Assembly (NCBI RefSeq): GCF_009914755.1
Contig: NC_060931.1
Length of the DNA stretch: 64,000 nt
Strand: one strand, 5' to 3'
DNA from: the human T2T-CHM13v2.0 reference genome, Homo sapiens
Both the position numbers and the translations under genes were made by a program. This document shows, piece after piece, positions 54,759 to 64,000 of the stretch (the stretch's first letter is position 1; the number at the start of each line of letters is the position of its first letter). Under the pieces are notes generated by a model, which saw nothing but the letters and a program-made list of their open reading frames with translations, was not told where the DNA came from and did not search any database.

Positions 54759-55250
54759 TGTGCCAGTCAAGGTTCAATGTAAGAAATAAAAGTCAGCTGG
54801 ATATGCCAGACAGAAAGGCATTTAATACGAGGCATGAAGTGCCAACAAAACTGTTGAAAGGACTAGAGGAGCACAGGTCCGGGGCCACCAAAAAGTTTTC
54901 AGGTCACATGGCTACCTATGTCAGAGTTATCCCACAGCCAAGGCTGGCAGTGAAAAAAGGAGTCTGTGCATTGCCATATATATATATGTGTTTACTGTAT
55001 ATAGTATACAGTATACGTATATATATAAATATATATATATATTTGCTGTATCATATATCTCAACTGCTATCACTACTAAAGGAAAAATGAACTCTACCTC
55101 CCTCCTGCCTTGCAAATTTTGCACCACAGTCTCTCATTACAGTTATTAGCCTTCCAACTCCAAGGTGTAGGGACACTGAAGAGAAGGAAATAGGTGCTTC
55201 TTGCCAAAGATAATATCTAAGACTCCATAGCTCAAGCCTCATATCCCATC
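54759..55250 (-). mobile_element. Old LTR-like element with an embedded TA-rich tract (54977-55058)
   Basis: tgtgccagtcaaggttcaat terminus and atttaatac motif; family unresolved. Confidence 0.35.
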
Positions 55251-55402
55251 CTCAAGCCTCTCTCTGGACTTTCCACCCCCAAATAATCTTGCTTCATCAT
55301 TCCCTTCACTTTATCACCTCTATTCTTTACTAAACATATTCTTCTATTATCTTAGCAGTCCCACAATATTGCAATATAGTATTTATAGCTATGTCTATAC
55401 TT

Positions 55403-56272
55403 TATAAACCACAAGGTATCTAAGACAAGTCTCAATCAATTTAGAGGTTTATTTTGTCAAGGTTAAGGACATGCTGGTGACACAGCCTCAGGAGGTCCTG
55501 ATAATATGTGCCCAGGGTGGTTGGATGACAGCTTGATTTTACACATTTTAGGGAAACATACGACACCAATCAATACATGTAAGATGTACATTGGTTCAGT
55601 CCAGAAAGGTAGGACAACTCGAAGCAGAGGGAGGCTGCAGGGAGCTTCCAGGTCATAGGAAGATTCAAAGATTTTCTGATTGGCAATTAGTTAAAAGTTA
55701 TTACCTAAACACCTGAAATCAATAGAAAGGAACATCTGGGTTAAGATAAGGTGTTGTGGAGACCAAGGTTTCATCATTCAGATGAAACCTCCAGGAAGCA
55801 GACTTCAAATCTCTTATCACACCTAAAAAGATGTCAGACTCTTAGTTAATTCTTTCCTGGATCAGGGAGAAAACTTGGAAAGGAAGGAAGATTCTCTAAA
55901 GAAAGTAGATTTTCCCCACAGAGACAGCTTTGCAGGACCATTATAAAATATGTCAAAGAAATATATTTTGGGGTAAAATACTTTGATTTCTTTCAGGGCC
56001 TGCTATCCATTGTGTGATGCTATACTAGAGTCAGGCTGGAATTATTTGGTGTCTTATTGCTGTTTTGTCAGTCTTGAGATCTCTGTTTGAATGTTGATCC
56101 TGGTAAGCTGTGCCTGAATTGCAAATGGAGGGCAATATAATAAAGTATGTCCAACCCCTGCTTCCCACCATGCTCTGAACTAGTTTTTCAGGTTAACTTT
56201 GGAATGCCCTTGGCTGAGGAAATGGTCCATCGGTCAGCTGCGGGGTGCTTAGAATTTTATTTTTGGTTCACA
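55403..56272 (-). mobile_element. MER4-group (ERV1) solo LTR, ~870 bp
   Basis: Reverse strand begins tgtgaaccaaaaataaaattctaagc...agggcattccaaagttaacctgaaaaactagttcag. Confidence 0.85.
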
Positions 56273-57468
56273 AATACATGTGTTTATCATTTTATTCATC
56301 CTTGTTTAATCTTCAGTGCCTAGCATAGACTCTGAACATAATATATTTTATACATTTTATTTCACCAAATTTTATTAAATATCACTTTAATTTGCAAAAG
56401 AATTACTAACTTTGAAAACTGAAATTTGCTGTTTCAATATCCTCTTTCAGTAGATTTGAAAAATTTGGAGTTGGGAAGTAGTGACATTCAACTCAACTGA
56501 AATTTCAGTAAATTCTCCTTTTCTTAGAAGAATAATAGGATACTATTCAATTAAAAATATGAAATTTGGGGGTTCTTTGGTTCTAATAGATTATTTCCTT
56601 AATGTATTCTCCAGTGATCAATTTGCTCTTCTCAATTGGAAATTAAAAAATGAGGTATGTTATTGCACTTATTTAAATTATAGTTCATTTTGAATTGTGT
56701 TAAATAACCTCTGGGCATGCTTATAAGGCTCACGAGTAAGAATACAGCAAGCAATTGGAATTTCTTTTAAAAAAAAATAGACCAAGTACCCATGCCCATG
56801 GAGCCTTGCTCACTGCTAGCACAGCAGTCCAATATTCAACTGCAAGGCAGGAGTGAGGCTAGGGGAGGGGCATCCATCATTGCTGAGGCTTGACTAGGTA
56901 AACAAAGCAGCCAGGAAGCTCGAACTGGGTGGAGCCCACTGAAGCTCAAGGAGGCCTGCCTGCCTTTGTAGACTCCACCTCTGGGGGCAGGGCATTAGCG
57001 CAACAAAAGGCAGCAGAAACTTCTGCAGACTTAAACGTCCAGGTCTGACAGCTTTGAAGAGAGTAGTGGCTCTCCCAGCATGGAGTTTGAGATCTGAGAA
57101 TGGACAGACTGCCTCAAGTGGGTCCCCAACCCCCGGGTAGCCTAACTGGGAGACGCCTCCCAGTAGGGGCCAACTGACACTTCATACAGCCGGGTGCCCC
57201 TCTGAGACGAAGCTTCCAGAGGAAGGATCAGTCAGCAACATTTGCTGTTCTGCAACCTCCACTGGTGATACCCAGGCAAACAGGGTCTGGAGTGGACCTC
57301 CAGCAAACTCCAGCAGACCTGCAGGGAGTTTGTTAGGGACGTGACTGTTAGAAGCAAAACTAACAAACGAAAAGGAACAGCATCAATATCAACAAAAAGG
57401 ACATCCATGCCAAAACCCCATGTGTAGGTCACCATCATCAAAGACCAAAGGTAGATAAAACCACAAAG

Positions 57469-58492
57469 ATGGGGAGAAACCAAAGCAGAAAAGCTGAAAA
57501 CTCTAAAAATCAGAATGCCTCTTCTCCTCCAAAGGAACACAGCTCCTCGCCAGCAATGGAACAAAGCTGGATGGAGAATGACTTTGACAAGTTGACAGTG
57601 TAGGCTTCAAAAGAACAGTAATAACAAACTTCTCCGAGCTAAAGGAGGAGTTCGAAACCATCGAAAAGAAGCTAAAAACCTTGAAAAAAGATTAGACGAA
57701 TGGCTAACTAGAATAAACAGCATAGAGAAGACCTTAAATGACCTGATGGAGTTGAAAACCATGGAACGAGAAATACGTGACACATGCACAAGCTTTAACA
57801 GCCGATTCCATCAAGTGGAAGAAAGGGTATCAGTGATTAAAGATCAAATTAATGAAATGAAGTGACAAGAGAAGTTTAGAGAAAAAAGAGTAAAAAGAAA
57901 GGAACAAAGCCTCCAAGAAATATGGGACTATGTGAAAAGACCAAATCTAGATCTGATTGGTGTACCTGAAACTGACAGGGAGAATGGAACCAAGCTGGAA
58001 AACACTCTGCAGGATATCATCCAGGAGAACTTCCCCAACCTAGCAAGGCAGGCCAACATTCAAATTCAGGAAATACAGAGAACACCACAAAGATACTTCC
58101 CGAGAAGAGCAACCCCAAGACACATAACTGTCAGATTCACCAAGGTTGAAATGAAGGAAAAAATGTTAAGGGCAGCCAGAGAGAAAGGTCAGGTTACCCA
58201 CAAAGGGAAGCCCATCAGACTAACAGCTGATCTCTCGGCAGAAACTCTACAAGCCAGAAGAGAGTGGGGGCCAATATTCAACATTCTTAAAGAAAAGAAT
58301 TTTCAACCCAGAATGTCATATCCAGCCAAAGTAAGCTTCATAAGTAAAGGAGAAATAAAATCCTTTACAGATAAGCAAATGCTGAGAGATGTTGTCACCA
58401 CCAGGCCTGCCTTACAAGAGCTCCTGAAAGAAGCACTAAATATGGAAAGGAACAACCTATACCAGCCACTGCAAAAACATGCCAAATTGTAA
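57469..58492 (+). pseudogene. L1 ORF1p, disrupted
   Basis: ATG at 57469; stops and frameshifts in the 5' half; open C-terminal part 57932-58492 (ARREWGPIF, YPAKVS). Confidence 0.9.
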
Positions 58493-58555
58493 AGACCATC
58501 AAGGCTAGGAAGAAACTGCATCAACTAATGAGCAAAATAACCAGCTAACATCATA

Positions 58556-63329
<4,774 letters not shown>

Positions 63330-64000
63330 ACAATGAGAACATTTGGACACAGGGTGGGCCTGAAGTGAGGTAGGGGGAGGGGAGAGGGATAGCATTAGGA
63401 GAAATACCTAATGTAAATGATGAGTTAATGGGTACAGCACACCAACATGGCACATGTATACATATGTAACAAACCTGCACATTGTGCAAATGTGCCCTAG
63501 AACTTAAAGTATAATAAAAAAAAAAAAAGACTAAGTATCAAAAGAATGTTCAAATAAGGTTCAGAATATAATTTTATGTTCACTCACAATTTCTTCACTC
63601 AAGTATGGTGGACAGATAAAAAATATCTATACGTAGCCTTTCTCATCCCTGGAGTGGGGCTGAGCTACTTTTTCAAACCAAACTAGGCATGGTCCTGTGA
63701 TTCTAAACCATGAAGTTATATATTTTTTAAATATCCATAGACATGTAATATTCCTCCAGACTCCATGCAAAAACCAGTTGTCCACCGGAGACTTGATTAG
63801 AGGGAAAACTAGTATTTAATAAAACTAGCAATAAATTTTTAAATACTAAACTAGAAGTGTTTTGTGTATAATTACACCACAAACTAAGAGATTATTATAT
63901 AGCTAAAGGTGGATTTACTTTCAGTTTCACATAAATTCTGTAATAAGAATCAAAAGTAAAATTAGACTATACTAGAGAAAAATCAGAAGCAGGCATTGCA

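Overview
AT-rich, repeat-dense human genomic DNA. A human-specific L1HS insertion identifies the species; the chromosome cannot be told from sequence. I found no supportable protein-coding gene, RNA gene, CpG island or CRISPR array. All long ORFs in the track are LINE-1 ORF1/ORF2 remnants or repeat read-throughs. The window is mostly LINE-1 of many ages, plus MaLR/ERV LTRs (MLT1, MLT2, THE1, MER4-group), Tigger/MER DNA transposons and a single Alu. I cannot support a new biological system here; what stands out is insertion and rearrangement history. (1) A 5'-truncated pre-Ta L1HS with a perfect 16-bp TSD sits inside ORF2 of a near full-length L1PA5-like element. (2) A ~9-kb nest of insertions splits one MLT1 LTR and contains a hidden multi-kb deletion scar fusing an L1PA 5' end to a THE1 polypurine tract. 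(3) There are two twin-priming inverted L1PA insertions. (4) One L1PA carries a probable short 3' transduction. (5) Several small templated-insertion or fold-back scars occur. A few weak candidate non-coding exons lie in the unique sequence. Repeat subfamily names come from recalled consensus features, not a RepeatMasker run, and boundaries of old repeats are approximate.
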